A stretch of 64,000 bases of DNA from the human T2T-CHM13v2.0 reference genome, Homo sapiens (GCA_009914755.4 CP068257.2:24256001-24320000); one strand, 5' to 3'. Numbered from the stretch's first letter, positions 14,301 through 32,679 are shown. The notes: a model not told the origin generated them from the letters alone. Program-made: numbers and translations.

Positions 14301-16404
14301 CCGGCCAATGTGCTGCAGCGTGGCACTGCTAGAGGTGAAAGGCCACAGGGGCTCAGCTGCCATTTCCTCCTGACACAGTTAGACGTCCCTAGTATACAAT
14401 GATCGCACAGGAATAAACGCCAGGCTTTGGTGTGGCGGCAGTAAGTGAGGCACAATCTCATTCAAGCTGAAAGACAACAGACAATCTCCTGTCTTGCCTT
14501 GCACACTTGCAAGGATAAGAAAAGCATTAAAGGGCCAGTAGTTTGCTACCTTCTTGAATAGTTTTCACTGTCTTGCCTTGAAAAAAAATCTGCATTTCCT
14601 AAATGCTCCTCTTGTGCTGCATGACCTATGCTCTGAGGCAACAAGGAAACTGTTCCCTTGCCCTTCCAGATGTAGCCCTGCAGACAGACATCCAGCCTTC
14701 TCTGGACTTAACCACCCCTGGCTCCCCGTATTTCCCAATGTGAGCAGACACCAAATATCCTGCCTTTCTCCTCTGTTGCTTCCCTTTCCAAAGAATGCTG
14801 TCAGTGCCGCCTACCCCCCCACTTTAAAAATTGATTAAACAAGAATCAGCTTTATGGAACATCATTGACTTATCTTTTCTTACTGGAAAAAGAGAGCTTA
14901 GAATATAATCTTGTATCATGTGTAATTACTGCTTTAAAAACTGACCCCAGGATATGAAGATTTGTGAGTCTTCTCTTATGTCACCAAAGATTCACCATGT
15001 TTTTCTCTGATTTTTACAAATTAGAGACCGACAGACAGCACTGCACTATTAACAATAATATTTGATTAACCAAAATGTCTCATTTTCCAATCATAGCTGT
15101 GTCAAGAGTTTGCTGTAGTATATATTTCAGACACATCACTGGTTAGTTTTATTGCTAGAGAAAATGAAAATAAGATCAGGATTTAAATTTGATTTGTAAC
15201 ATTTTACAATCATCTTTCAAATTCTCTTTTCTATTGACAAAAAATGTATCTGAAAAATTAAAATTCTGTTCAAATATACCCATTAAAATAATTTGATGGA
15301 ATAGCATTAAAGCTTGTGATTAATATCTTTTCATGTAGTCAGTTTTATTGCAAGTGATTTTAAATGATGGAAGTCCCAAGCAAATTAGTCCTTTTGAAGT
15401 CTAATCTGAGTTATAATATATCCCTATTCACTGTGGCACCGTTTCTAAAATTCAATACTTGATGCCCATGATGACCTTTCCCTTACAGATAAAAGACCCT
15501 CATTAGATTTCCTCCAACTTTTTCATGTTTTACAAAGCCATAGGTAGCGGCTAATAACTTAGCCAATGTCTGATTAAATAAATTAAATGAGCATTTCTTT
15601 TATATAAATCTTTTGCTTGTGACTGTTAAGCACTTACTATGCTAAAGAGAGGATATTCTGGAATACTAATAATTATTGGTGCATACACATTCATCTTGAC
15701 AGGAAATAACCTTTGCCAGCGAGAAAGCTCTTGAACTCCCCAGGGGCTACGCTGTTCTTGGGTCTGTGGTATCTACTATCACTTACCATGTCCTTTATTT
15801 GGAAATGTTCTCACTGTTTCGCATACACAGTACTTATCTTCTTCCCTGTGACATCTCTGAATAACTCTTTTTACTCTTTTTTTCTCCTCTCTTCATCCCT
15901 GTCATTTTCTTCTTGTATCTCTTTCCATCTCTTTCTACAATTCTCCCCTTTGGAAATCCCATCGACTCTTGAAACTCTAAAGATCTCCTACCTTTGGGTG
16001 AATCTGAAATGTACTTCCCCAGCTTTGACTTCTCCCTCCCACTCAAATTTGTATATTTCCAACAGTTTGCTGGAGATACCAACTTAGGGCTCCCTCCTGA
16101 TCCATGCACTTGGTAGGTACACAACTGTACTCAAGGTCCCTGGCTTTCCCTTCCACCTTTCCTGTTTTCTAATCATGGCAGAACCATTCTCCCTCCCAGT
16201 CACAGGCTTGAATCCTTCAGAGCCATCCAGGACTCCCTGTATTTCTTCGTGTCCAGTACTCACACTACCGACAAATCCTTTTGCATTCTATTTCTGAATT
16301 CTCTCAGCCATTTCCTGCTTGCTTTTCCACACCACCCTCACCGCCCCTAGGAATATGATTACTTTTCGCCTGGATAATTACGATAGTCTCCTCACTGCTT
16401 GCTA

Positions 16405-17045
<641 letters not shown>

Positions 17046-18162
17046 CCTGCTGGTTTTTATTTTACGTTTGGTTCCTGAAATCTTAGTTCCTGACACACAA
17101 GAATGGCTCCCTCTTTGTTTCAGTGGGTCTTCATTTTCTACCGAATTAATTCCAACTCCTTTGCCAGATGCTGAAGGCCCTCTGTGGTCTGGGCCCACCC
17201 CGTATTTCTAGCCATGGAACTCACAGCTCCAGCTGTCTACACCACACCTCTCTCTCAGGCTAAATAGCTTGGGGTATTCCCACAAAAGACCATGCATACC
17301 CATTCTGACACTTTTGTTTTCTATTCCTGCTATCTTGGAAGCCCATCTCTGCTCATCTACGTTATTTGAACTCTTTAGAGCCCAGCTCAAATGCCCTCTC
17401 CTGTATGACTCTCCTCTCCCAAGGCAGGCATTATTAATCTGATGGGACAAGGAGACTGAGGCTGGGAGAAAGGAACCAATCTCTTCAAGACCCAATGGCC
17501 AGTAAGCACCAGTGCTGAAATCCAAGTCCTGGGCTTCATAACACCAGCCTTCCCATGTTCAGCCCCTATCTATTTCAGCCTCTCGTATTATCACAAAAGT
17601 AGCTGTAGAAATTAGGCATTATTAAGCATGTCTGTTCCAATATCTTTAGCAGTCTCTTCCACCCTTGTGGATTTGTAAGCTGACTTAATCACCGTTAGTC
17701 CTATGGAATGGTTATTGCTTTTGGTCATCAAATAAGCATTTCTCAGGCAGGGGCAGCTGGAAAGGGCCCTGTGCCCATCTTAGCCCTTGGCAGTAAAAAG
17801 GCAGAGGAGCAAAAGATCACAGTGAGAAATCTTACACTTGTACTTCACAGAACAGTCAGGGGAGGTTGAGGTACGCTGTAGTACCCTTTTCTCTTTTCTC
17901 TGTTACACTGTTGGTAGAAAAGTTCCTCCAAATGGCCACCAGCATGCTGAGCCCCATGGTGGTTAATTATATTCATTTTCAGAAAATGTAAGTGAAAGAG
18001 TGACAGATTCAAGAAAAGGTACATTTTTAGCAGAGTGAAACACACTTAGCCTTCGTTTTTTTTTTTTGGTCGTTGTTCAAAATAGGAAGAAATCCACATT
18101 CCTATCTTAATTCAACACAGAAAATTTAGAAATAACCACCCCTGGCTATGTCATTCAGAACA

Positions 18163-18381
18163 ACGAACCTCTGCCTCCTGGGTTCAAGCGATTCTCCTGC
18201 CTCAGTCCCGAGTACTGTGATTACAGGCACACACTACCATGACCGGATAGTTTTTATGTTTTTAGTAGAGACAGAGTTTCTCCATGTTGGCCAGGCTGGT
18301 CTCAAACTCCTGACCTCAGGCGATCTGCCTGCCTTGGCCTCCCAAAGTGCTGGGATGAGGCGGGAGCCACTGCGCCTGGCC
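18163..18381 (-). mobile_element. Alu fragment (old AluJ-like, about 220 bp; lacks the last ~70 bp of the element and its A-tail)
   Basis: ctgcctcctgggttcaagcgattctcctgcctcag ... ggcctcccaaagtgctgggat..gcgcctggcc; no TTTTGAGACGGAG terminus. Confidence 0.75.
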
Positions 18382-19063
18382 GTCAGTGTAGTTTTAAGAG
18401 AAAAAAAGAGGTAGACATGATGGATTACCATTATCAGAAGTGGAATTCAATTTCGTCATCATAAAATGTCTAAGGCAGCCAGCTACCTGTAGACATGACT
18501 AAGGGCTCAGGATTTTACCAGTGGCTTACACACTGGCACTGGGCAATTGAGCCTATGACAAAATACCCAGAGACAAATATGATTCTTTCATTGTTCATTC
18601 TGAGTGGGACTTTCTTTGACTTCCATGGTGAGACTAATCACACCGAAACCACACTTCCACTACATTAGTGGCCCTGATGGATTATCCTTTTATCTGAATT
18701 AATTTAATACTTAATTACAACACTCTGATGGCCTGCAATGGGGATTTTCAGAACTTTTAAGCATCTATATTTGCCAACCGCTATATTAAACTAAGAGACT
18801 GCTTATTTTCCTCCCAAGACTTATTTTTTCCCCTTCTAAAAGCTATTTGTTATGACCCAAAATTGTAGCGTTTATCTTTGAAGTCAAATATCTTCTATAA
18901 TATCCAAGCATTTGAACCTTGTAGTTAACAGTGGAAATATTTAACTGAGTTTAGTGGTGATAATATTTAAAATATGGCTTCATCAATAACAGAGGTATTT
19001 AATTTCAAATACCAAACACCTAATGAACCCCATCACCTTGCTCTTTTACAAATGCTTCGAGGT

Positions 19064-19425
<362 letters not shown>

Positions 19426-19844
19426 TTATCATTGTAAACACTTTAAAGAAAACAACATCAAAAGATAATAATTTCATCTTCAAACAGCTAAATATTTTGT
19501 TTTTTCTTAGATATTCATGATCATTCATTTTGAGAAAAATAGCCTTATAAATAAAAGAACTGCTGAATAGGAAGCAGATGAATTCATCCAATATTCTTTT
19601 AATTATTAATCCACTAGCCAAATGTCTTCTAAGAATTTAACGGTCACATCTTACGATTAAAGAAAATAAAATTTATGGGCATTAAATCAATCAGTTATGT
19701 GTTACAAGTGTCAGTTATAATTACTGAACAGCTTCTTCCATCCACTGAACACAAGTGGGTTGGAGAAGAACATTTTCTTCATATAAAGGAGGTGCCACTC
19801 AGCCTTTTCCCTGTAAAGTCTGGCTGTTAAAGCTCTGATCTGAA

Positions 19845-20447
19845 TCTATCCATCTGACAAAGGTCTAATATCCAGAATCTACAAGGAACTTAAACAAATT
19901 TACCAGAAAAAAAAGAAAAACAACCCCATCAAAAAGTGGGCAAAGGATATGAACAGACACTTCTCAAAACAAGACATGTATGTGGCCAACAAACATATGA
20001 AAAAAAAAAAAAAAGCTCATCATCACTGGTCATTAGAGAAATGCAAATCAAAACCACAATGAGATACCATCTCACACCAGTTGGGATGGTGATCATTAAA
20101 AAGTCTGGCAACAACAGATGCTGGCGAGGATGCGGAGAAATAGGCACGCTTTTACACTGTTGGTGAGAGTGTTAGTTCAACCGTTGTGGAAGACAGTGAG
20201 GAGATTCTGCAAGGATATAGAACTAGAAATACCATTTGACCCAGCAATCCCATTACTGGGAATATACCCAAAGGATTATAAATCATTCTACTGTAAAGAC
20301 ACATGCACACATATGTTTACTGTAGCACTATTTACAATAGCAAAGACTTGGAACCAACCAAAATGTCCATCAACGATAGACTGGATAAAGAAAATGTGGC
20401 ACATATACACCATGGAATACTATGCAGCCATAAAAAAGGATGAGTTC
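19845..20447 (+). mobile_element. older L1PA 3' fragment, ORF2 C-terminal region (part 1), cut off by the young L1 insertion
   Basis: translates to ..[86 protein letters not shown]1 ORF2 cysteine-rich region, diverged from the adjacent young L1. Confidence 0.85.
20432..20447 (+). repeat. 5' target-site duplication of the young L1 (AAAAAAGGATGAGTTC)
   Basis: identical 16-mer at 26521-26536 immediately after the L1 poly-A tail region. Confidence 0.8.
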
Positions 20448-21355
20448 GGGAGGTGGGAGCCAAGATGGCCGAATAGGAACAGCTCCGGTCTACAGCTCCC
20501 AGCGTGAGCGACGCAGAAGACGGGTGATTTCCGCATTTCCATCTGAGATACCGGGTTCATCTCACTAGGGAGTGCCAGACAGTGGGCGCAGGCCAGTGGG
20601 TGCGTGCACCGTGCGCGAGCCGAAGCAGGGCGAGGCATTGCCTCACCTGGGAAGCGCAAGGGGTCAGGGAGTTCCCTTTCTGAGTCAAAGAAAGGGGTGA
20701 CAGACGCACCTGGAAAATCGGGTCACTCCCACCCGAATATTGCGCTTTTCAGACCGGCTTAAGAAACGGCGCACCACGAGACTATATCCCACACCTGGCT
20801 CGGAGGGTCCTACGCCCACGGAATCGCGCTGATTGCTAGCACAGCAGTCTGAGATCAAACTGCAAGGCGGCAGCGAGGCTGGGGGAGGGGAGCCCGCCAT
20901 TGCCCAGGCTTGCTTAGGTAAACAAAGCAGCCGGGAAGCTCGAACTGGGTGGAGCCCACCACAGCTCAAGGAGGCCTGCTTGCCTCTGTAGGCTCCACCT
21001 CTGGGGGCAGGGCACAGACAAACAAAAAGACAGCAGTAACCTCTGCAGACTTAAATGTCCCTGTCTGACAGCTTTGAAGAGAGCAGTGGTTCTCCCAGCA
21101 CGCAGCTGGAGATCTGAGAACGGGCAGACTGCCTCCTCAAGTGGGTCCCTGACCCCTGACCCCCGAGCAGCCTAACTGGGAGGCACCCCCCAGCAGGGGC
21201 ACACTGACACCTCACACTGCAGGGTATTCCAACAGACCTGCAGCTGAGGGTCCTGTCTGTTAGAAGGAAAACTAACAAACAGAAAGGACATCCACACCGA
21301 AAACCCATCTGTACATCACCATCATCAAAGACCAAAAGTAGATAAAACCACAAAG
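20448..21355 (+). promoter_or_regulatory. L1 5'UTR: internal sense promoter (YY1 box CAAGATGGCCG at 20462-20472) and antisense promoter region; CpG-rich
   Basis: 908-bp 5'UTR, near-identical to the young L1 5'UTR by recall. It contains many CpGs, whereas the flanks are CpG-depleted. Confidence 0.8.
20685..20900 (-). CDS. ORF0: L1 antisense ORF0 (71 aa, primate-specific ORF in the L1 5'UTR), intact
   Basis: minus-strand ATG at 20898-20900 (L1 position about 453) gives MAGSPPPASLPPCSLISDCCASNQRDSVGVGPSEPGVGYSLVVRRFLSRSEKRNIRVGVTRFSRCVCHPFL, then a stop at 20685-20687; position and length match the described ORF0. Confidence 0.6.
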   Translation of the reverse strand: MAGSPPPASLPPCSLISDCCASNQRDSVGVGPSEPGVGYSLVVRRFLSRSEKRNIRVGVTRFSRCVCHPFL

Positions 21356-22372
21356 ATGGGGAAAAAACAGAACAGAAAAACTGGAAACTCTAAAACGCAG
21401 AGTGCCTCTCCTCCTCCAAAGGAACGCAGTTCCTCACCAGCAACGGAACAAAGCTGGATGGAGAATGATTTTGACGAGCTGAGAGAAGAAGGCTTCAGAC
21501 GATCAAATTACTCTGAGCTACGGGAGGACATTCAAACCAAAGGCAAAGAAGTTGAAAACTTTGAAAAAAATTTAGAAGAATGTATAACTAGAATAACCAA
21601 TACAGAGAAGTGCTTAAAGGAGCTGATGGAGCTGAAAACCAAGGCTCGAGAACTACGTGAAGAATGCAGAAGCCTCAGGAGCCGATGCGATCAACTGGAA
21701 GAAAGGGTATCAGCAATGGAAGATGAAATGAATGAAATGAAGCGAGAAGGGAAGTTTAGAGAAAAACGAATAAAAAGAAATGAGCAAAGCCTCCAAGAAA
21801 TATGGGACTATGTGAAAAGACCAAATCTACGTCTGATTGGTGTACCTGAAAGTGATGCGGAGAATGGAACCAAGTTGGAAAACACTCTGCAGGATATTAT
21901 CCAGGAGAACTTCCCCAATCTAGCAAGGCAGGCCAACGTTCAGATTCAGGAAATACAGAGAACGCCACAAAGATACTCCTCGAGAAGAGCAACTCCAAGA
22001 CACGTAATTGTCAGATTCACCAAAGTTGAAATGAAGGAAAAAATGTTAAGGGCAGCCAGAGAGAAAGGTCGGGTTACCCTCAAAGGGAAGCCCATCAGAC
22101 TAACAGCGGATCTCTCGGCAGAAACCCTACAAGCCAGAAGAGAGTGGGGGCCAATATTCAACATTCTTAAAGAAAAGAATTTTCAACCCAGAATTTCATA
22201 TCCAGCCAAACTAAGCTTCATAAGTGAAGGAGAAATAAAATACTTTACAGACAAGCAAATGCTGAGAGATTTTGTCACCACCAGGCCTGCCCTAAAAGAG
22301 CTCCTGAAGGAAGCACTAAACATGCAAAGGAACAACCGGTACCAGCCGCTGCAAAATCATGCCAAAATGTAA
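21356..22372 (+). CDS. ORF1: L1 ORF1p (338 aa), intact
   Basis: MGKKQNRKTGNSKTQSASPPPKERSSSPATEQSWMENDFDELREEGFRRSNYSELREDIQTKGKEVENFEKNLEE...NNRYQPLQNHAKM; full length; only about 5 aa differ from L1HS ORF1p as I recall it. Confidence 0.95.
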   Translation: MGKKQNRKTGNSKTQSASPPPKERSSSPATEQSWMENDFDELREEGFRRSNYSELREDIQTKGKEVENFEKNLEECITRITNTEKCLKELMELKTKARELREECRSLRSRCDQLEERVSAMEDEMNEMKREGKFREKRIKRNEQSLQEIWDYVKRPNLRLIGVPESDAENGTKLENTLQDIIQENFPNLARQANVQIQEIQRTPQRYSSRRATPRHVIVRFTKVEMKEKMLRAAREKGRVTLKGKPIRLTADLSAETLQARREWGPIFNILKEKNFQPRISYPAKLSFISEGEIKYFTDKQMLRDFVTTRPALKELLKEALNMQRNNRYQPLQNHAKM

Positions 22373-22411
22373 AGACCATCAAGACTAGGAAGAAACTGCA
22401 TCAACTAATGA

Positions 22412-26260
<3,849 letters not shown>

Positions 26261-26478
26261 ACAATGAGATCACATGGACACAGGAAGGGGAATATCACAC
26301 TCTGGGGACTGTGGTGGGGTGGGGGGAGGGGGGAGGGATAGCATTGGGAGATATACCTAATGCTAGATGACGAGTTAGTGGGTGCAGCGCACCAGCATGG
26401 CACATGTATACATATGTAACTAAGCTGCACAATGTGCACATGTACCCTAAAACTTAAAGTATAATAAAAAAAAAAAAA

Positions 26479-26520
26479 GATTTGAATTTGCAAATACAAA
26501 AAAAAAAAAAAAAAGAAAAA
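26479..26520 (+). other. non-L1 19-mer GATTTGAATTTGCAAATAC followed by a second poly-A tract; candidate short 3' transduction or interrupted A-tail
   Basis: L1 3'UTR, then A13 (26466-26478), then gatttgaatttgcaaatac (26479-26497), then A17 g A11, then the TSD. Confidence 0.45.
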
Positions 26521-26536
26521 AAAAAAGGATGAGTTC
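26521..26536 (+). repeat. 3' target-site duplication of the young L1 (AAAAAAGGATGAGTTC)
   Basis: identical to 20432-20447; the sequence then continues the interrupted older L1 (GGATGAGTTCATGTCCTTTGCAGGGACATGGATGAAGCTGG). Confidence 0.8.
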
Positions 26537-26881
26537 ATGTCCTTTGCAGGGACATGGATGAAGCTGGAAGCCATCATCCTCAGCAAACTAACATAGGAAC
26601 AGAAAACCAAACACTCATGTTCTCACTCATAAGTGGGAGCTGAACAATGAGAACACATGGACACAGGGAGGGGGACATCATACACCAGGGCCTGTCCAGG
26701 GGTGGGGTGAAAGGGGAGGGAGAGCATTAGGACAAATACCTAATGCATGCGGAGCTTAAAACCTAGATGACGGGTTGATGGGTGCAGCAAACCACCAAGG
26801 CACATGTATACCTATGTAACAAACCTGCATGCTCAGCACATGTATCCCAGAACTTAAAGTAAACAAAGAAAAAAAAAAAAA
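26521..26881 (+). mobile_element. older L1PA 3' fragment (part 2): ORF2 end, 3'UTR and poly-A
   Basis: ..MSFAGTWMKLEAIILSKLTQEQKTKH.. then a 3'UTR with GGGTGCAGCAAACCACCAAGGCACATGTATACCTATGTAACAAACCTGCATGCTCAGCACATGTATCCCAGAACTTAAAGTAAAC and an A-tail at 26868-26881. Confidence 0.85.
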
Positions 26882-27439
26882 GCTCTGATTTGGACACCAG
26901 TGAGAATATGAAGTCCCTCGGCTTGCTGGATTTTCTTCTGTCTAGGATCGAACCTCCACTGCTATTACTATTTTTCTTCCTTTTTGATTCTTTTGGATCC
27001 CATGGAAAAATATTTATCTGCAACTTCTCCACAAAATGGAAATTTGTTTTTAATCTTATCTAACAGGAGATTCGCATATGACCAATTCTTATCTTTTAAA
27101 TAAAAATTTACTTATGTGCCTGCCTGAAAGGACTGAAGATCATACCTCTACGCTCTCTTCCATGTCCTTTCTTCTCTCTCCCCTGACACAGCTGCATTGG
27201 AAGTAGCTGTAAATGGGATGGACTAATTTTCCCTACCAAGAAGCCCCACTGTAAATCAGCGGTCACCCACTCCAGCTAGGCATTTTGCCCACACCAGGGC
27301 TATGAGATCAGATTTAATTTTCCAATCAGCAGTTCTGTGCATGTCTGATTCTTGGCTCAACATACAACTGCTATGCTGTTTATTATACTTCATCTCTCCA
27401 TGGCCTCTGAAACTCCCCAAGGCTCGGGTTCGTCATCCG

Positions 27440-28267
<828 letters not shown>

Positions 28268-28840
28268 TCAGGAAACAGGTCAGTAAGTGTAGAGGGCATC
28301 ACAGGACAAACTTCATTGCTGGGTTTCCCAGAAAAGAGCAGCTCTCCCCTACTGAAGACACTTTTAGCAGACGGGCCTTCACTAGTGAGTAAATATACTA
28401 AAGAAGCATGGACTTACTTGTAGGTCGGTGGAGCAGCTGATTTGGGAGAGAACCCATGAGATCTTTAAGGACGGTAGGGATGTTCTGATTAGCATATATG
28501 CTACAGCCATCTGCGATGCCAAAGCCATACTGTGATGGGACTATGCCAGTTATGACACCTTCATAACCATGAGAACTGCACTCATGGCCTTTTCATACCC
28601 ATCTGCTGATTTGATAACCACAATAATCTTCCTTAGTGGGATCACTACTCCCACTGACAGTTGAACAAACTGACATCCATCCTGAGAAGTATACTTAAAA
28701 CTAGCAAGTGGCAGAACTGAAATCTGAACCCAAGTATCCCAATTCCTAATGCAACCTTCTCACTGTTCCATGAAAAGTTCCATTTTATAGAGGACATGGC
28801 TATATTACTTGGATTAGAAACTAATATTAAAGAAGCATAT

Positions 28841-29231
<391 letters not shown>

Positions 29232-30150
29232 TTAAAGCAGTAGTCCAAGGTCACGGAGATTCCTGATGGTGGAGCAGGGCTGAAAAGCTCCCTCTTCTAG
29301 CTAAGTGAGGCCTGCCTGTCACTTTGCTTGGACAGCCCATTCTCAATAGCACTTTCCTCCCAGAACACTCTCCCAAGTCTTTAGGTTTCCCTTTCTCAGG
29401 ATGAATACGATGGCTACGTGAATGGCCAGAAGGTTTCACCAACTCTAAGTCAAATTGTAGTGTAGCGACCTAGGCACTTCAATGGTCAAGAGAGATACAG
29501 CCCTGTATGACGCGGCCACATTTTCCAACTTGGGGAAGAATTTATACACATATTATCACAAAGTAAATGCTGTACCACAAATCCAGTTTTTATCTTGACC
29601 TCCAGAAAATTAGGTCAGTTATTTTTAGCTACACTATCAATCTTGAAAATCTCCCAGAGTTAAAACTCAGACTACATGTCTAAATCGGGGTTTATTTTTG
29701 TTTAAAAATAACAGTTTCCTGGCCACACATGTTTAAATGAAGCATGCTTTGTCCCCTTATGGTAACAAACTGTCCCTGGAAGGGACACAAACAAAGCTTC
29801 ACATCATTTGTGAAAATATTCCTTATTGCTAGGGACATTTTCCTGAAATATCACTTGTCTGGCTTAGACTGAGGGTACAGAAGAAGTCCCTTTTCCTTTA
29901 AAACACATTTCCTTTTGGCTTTCAAACATCATAGATCAAAGAACTTAGACCTACCAGTGGCATCAGTCAGTAATCAAGATAAAGACCAGCCAGGCTCCCT
30001 GGCATCTAAAAGCAGATTGTAGGGCTCCTTTTTCCCGTTTACCTGTAGAACTTGTGCCAATGTGCTGATCTGATTTCCAACTACATTAGGGAGTCTTGGT
30101 CCTGCCTGGGTTGTCAGGAACTTAAAGTAGAGACTAAAAAACAACTTTAT

Positions 30151-30472
<322 letters not shown>

Positions 30473-30517
30473 TTATATACTACAGAAATAATCTCTGAAA
30501 GATGCTGTATTAAGATT

Positions 30518-30550
30518 ACAACACACACACACAAACACACACACACATAT
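30518..30550. repeat. (CA)n microsatellite, imperfect
   Basis: acacacacacacaaacacacacacacat. Confidence 0.85.
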
Positions 30551-30843
30551 CTTCTTGTTTTGAGGAAACGTACAGTGAAGTATTTAGGTGTAAAGGGCCA
30601 TTATGTCTGCAACTTCCTTTAAAAATTTTTAAATATATTTTTAGAACTTTTCTAAGTCTCCAATTATACTAAAACAAAAAGTTTAGTACTGTAGGCATTG
30701 TCAGCTTTAATTTATACATATTTGGATGTCTTCCTCTGGTTCGATTTATAGTGAAATTACATCATATGCCCATTAATGTGATACAAACTGCATGTCTTCT
30801 ACAAACAAAAATAAAAATAGAAGTGAATGTAATTTTGATGCCT

Positions 30844-31107
30844 TTTTTTTTTTTTTAACTGGAGACAGAGTCTTGCTCTGTCACCAGGTTGGACTGCAGA
30901 GGCGTAATCTCGGCTCATGGCAACCTCGGCCTCCTGAGTAGCTGGGATTACAGGCGCGCATCACTACGCCCGGCTAGTTTTTGTATTTTTAGTAGAGACA
31001 GGGTTTCACCATGTTGGCCGGGATGGTCTCGATCTTCTAACCTTGTGATCCACCCGCCTCGGCCTCCCAAAGTGCTGGGATTACAGGCATGAGCCACTGC
31101 ACCCGGC
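30844..31107 (-). mobile_element. Alu
   Basis: poly-T then ACTGGAGACAGAGTCTTGCTCTGTCACCAGGTTGGACTGCAG ... GGCATGAGCCACTGCACCCGGCC. Confidence 0.9.
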
Positions 31108-32679
31108 CTGATCCCTCATATCTTTTAAACATAAGTCAATTATTTCATATGGTCTTTAAGCCAAGAAACAGCTATCTCTTCACTCTTCACATGCTGGAGG
31201 AAAAACTGGCTGCCTGGCTGGTTGAGAGATGTGTACTTTGATGGCTGACCTGAAGACATTTCAAGGTGATTGTTACGTGAAATTCTCTCTTCAAATCTGA
31301 CTTGAAGAGTCTAACCTCTGCAGCATATGTTATGACTTCACTGTGAGTCTTCTTTTATTAATAAAATATAATGTTTTTACTAATTATAAGAGTAACATAA
31401 ATTTCATGCCAAAAATGTAGAAAAAAGGAATGAGAATTCATTTACAATTCTAACAGCAGAAATAATCAAGAGTAGTGGTTTTTTTTTAATGGTTTTATTC
31501 TTACAGCATTATTTTCGTCTCTTTATCACTTTACTATGCAATTTTTATGACTATGCTTAAGGAGAGTAAATTTTTCGAAGTTATTGAGGCAATGGAGAGT
31601 CTTTGGAATGAGGATAATTAGGCCTGAGGACACAGAGGAATCATGAGGAAGAATTCTCCAGTTTCATTCCTTTTTCTGGGTACAGTTTGTTTCTCCTTCT
31701 AAGTAAGTTCCTAGATATAGAATGAATTGGAAAAAATGAAACGTGAGGTTTGCTACGTCTATAACAGTATCACATTTCATTTTTTAAAACTGCCAATGCT
31801 TTCAGTGAGGACCAGAAAGTACAGTGAGAAAAAAAAATTCCTCAAATATTAGTTTTCATGCTCTTGCACGCATTTTTATAAAGGCAAAAGTCATTCTGGT
31901 GCCTGTATACAATCTAAAGGCATAATCTCCTGGAGCCTTCAGTGCTGGTTTTGGGGTTTTCTGGAGATCAATCCACAGTGTCCCATTTTTTCTGCTGGAG
32001 CTCTGAACCCACTAAGAGAGAGCAAGAAGAGATGTAAACCTCTCCTTTGCTTCTGATAAAGCCAAGCCCTTACTAGTCCACATGATGCTTTCTCTGGGGA
32101 GTGAGTCACATACAGGAGACATGGCTTGTCCAGCTGCGTGCTGGACTGAATTTCAGCTCCAACCTGAACCTTCCAACAGGACAAGGGAGGGAGGAGAATG
32201 GGCCGTAGCAAGACTTGCCCACAGCATTGCCATAACAGCTGTGCAGGCTGTGGGTACAACTCTAAGAGCAGCACTCATTTTGTAGTTTCAGTGAGTCGTG
32301 TCCCTAAAGCCGTGTCCTGTGTGACCAGCCCCGTCTCTCAAGCTCATGAGAGAAGTCTATCTGACCGGGATAAGAAGGATCCTGGGGCGGGCCCAAGCAA
32401 ATGAATGAATTGGGAAACAGTGCCCCTCCCGGCAGCCAGCAAAAACTCCGCCATGCTGTGAAGAAAGTGCATTCTAATTGATTCATGTTGATACATGCTG
32501 AATTGATGGAATTTTATACTTCAAAGGATGCAAAGAATTGGTTAGCAAGTCTGATGAGCTCATGGTAGAAAGGATGATTTTCAACATCCATACATAGTGA
32601 ATTTCATTCAAAGAGCCTAAAAAGACTTATGCAGATAATTATAAGGGGATCAGGCAAGTGTGTAAGATTAGCACAAATT

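Noticed and set aside
21051-21353. 100-aa minus-strand ORF in the L1 5'UTR (and the 79-aa ORF at 20420-20659)
   Set aside because: It is antisense within the L1 5'UTR but does not correspond to the described ORF0 position; there is no evidence for function. Only the 71-aa ORF0 at 20685-20900 is retained.
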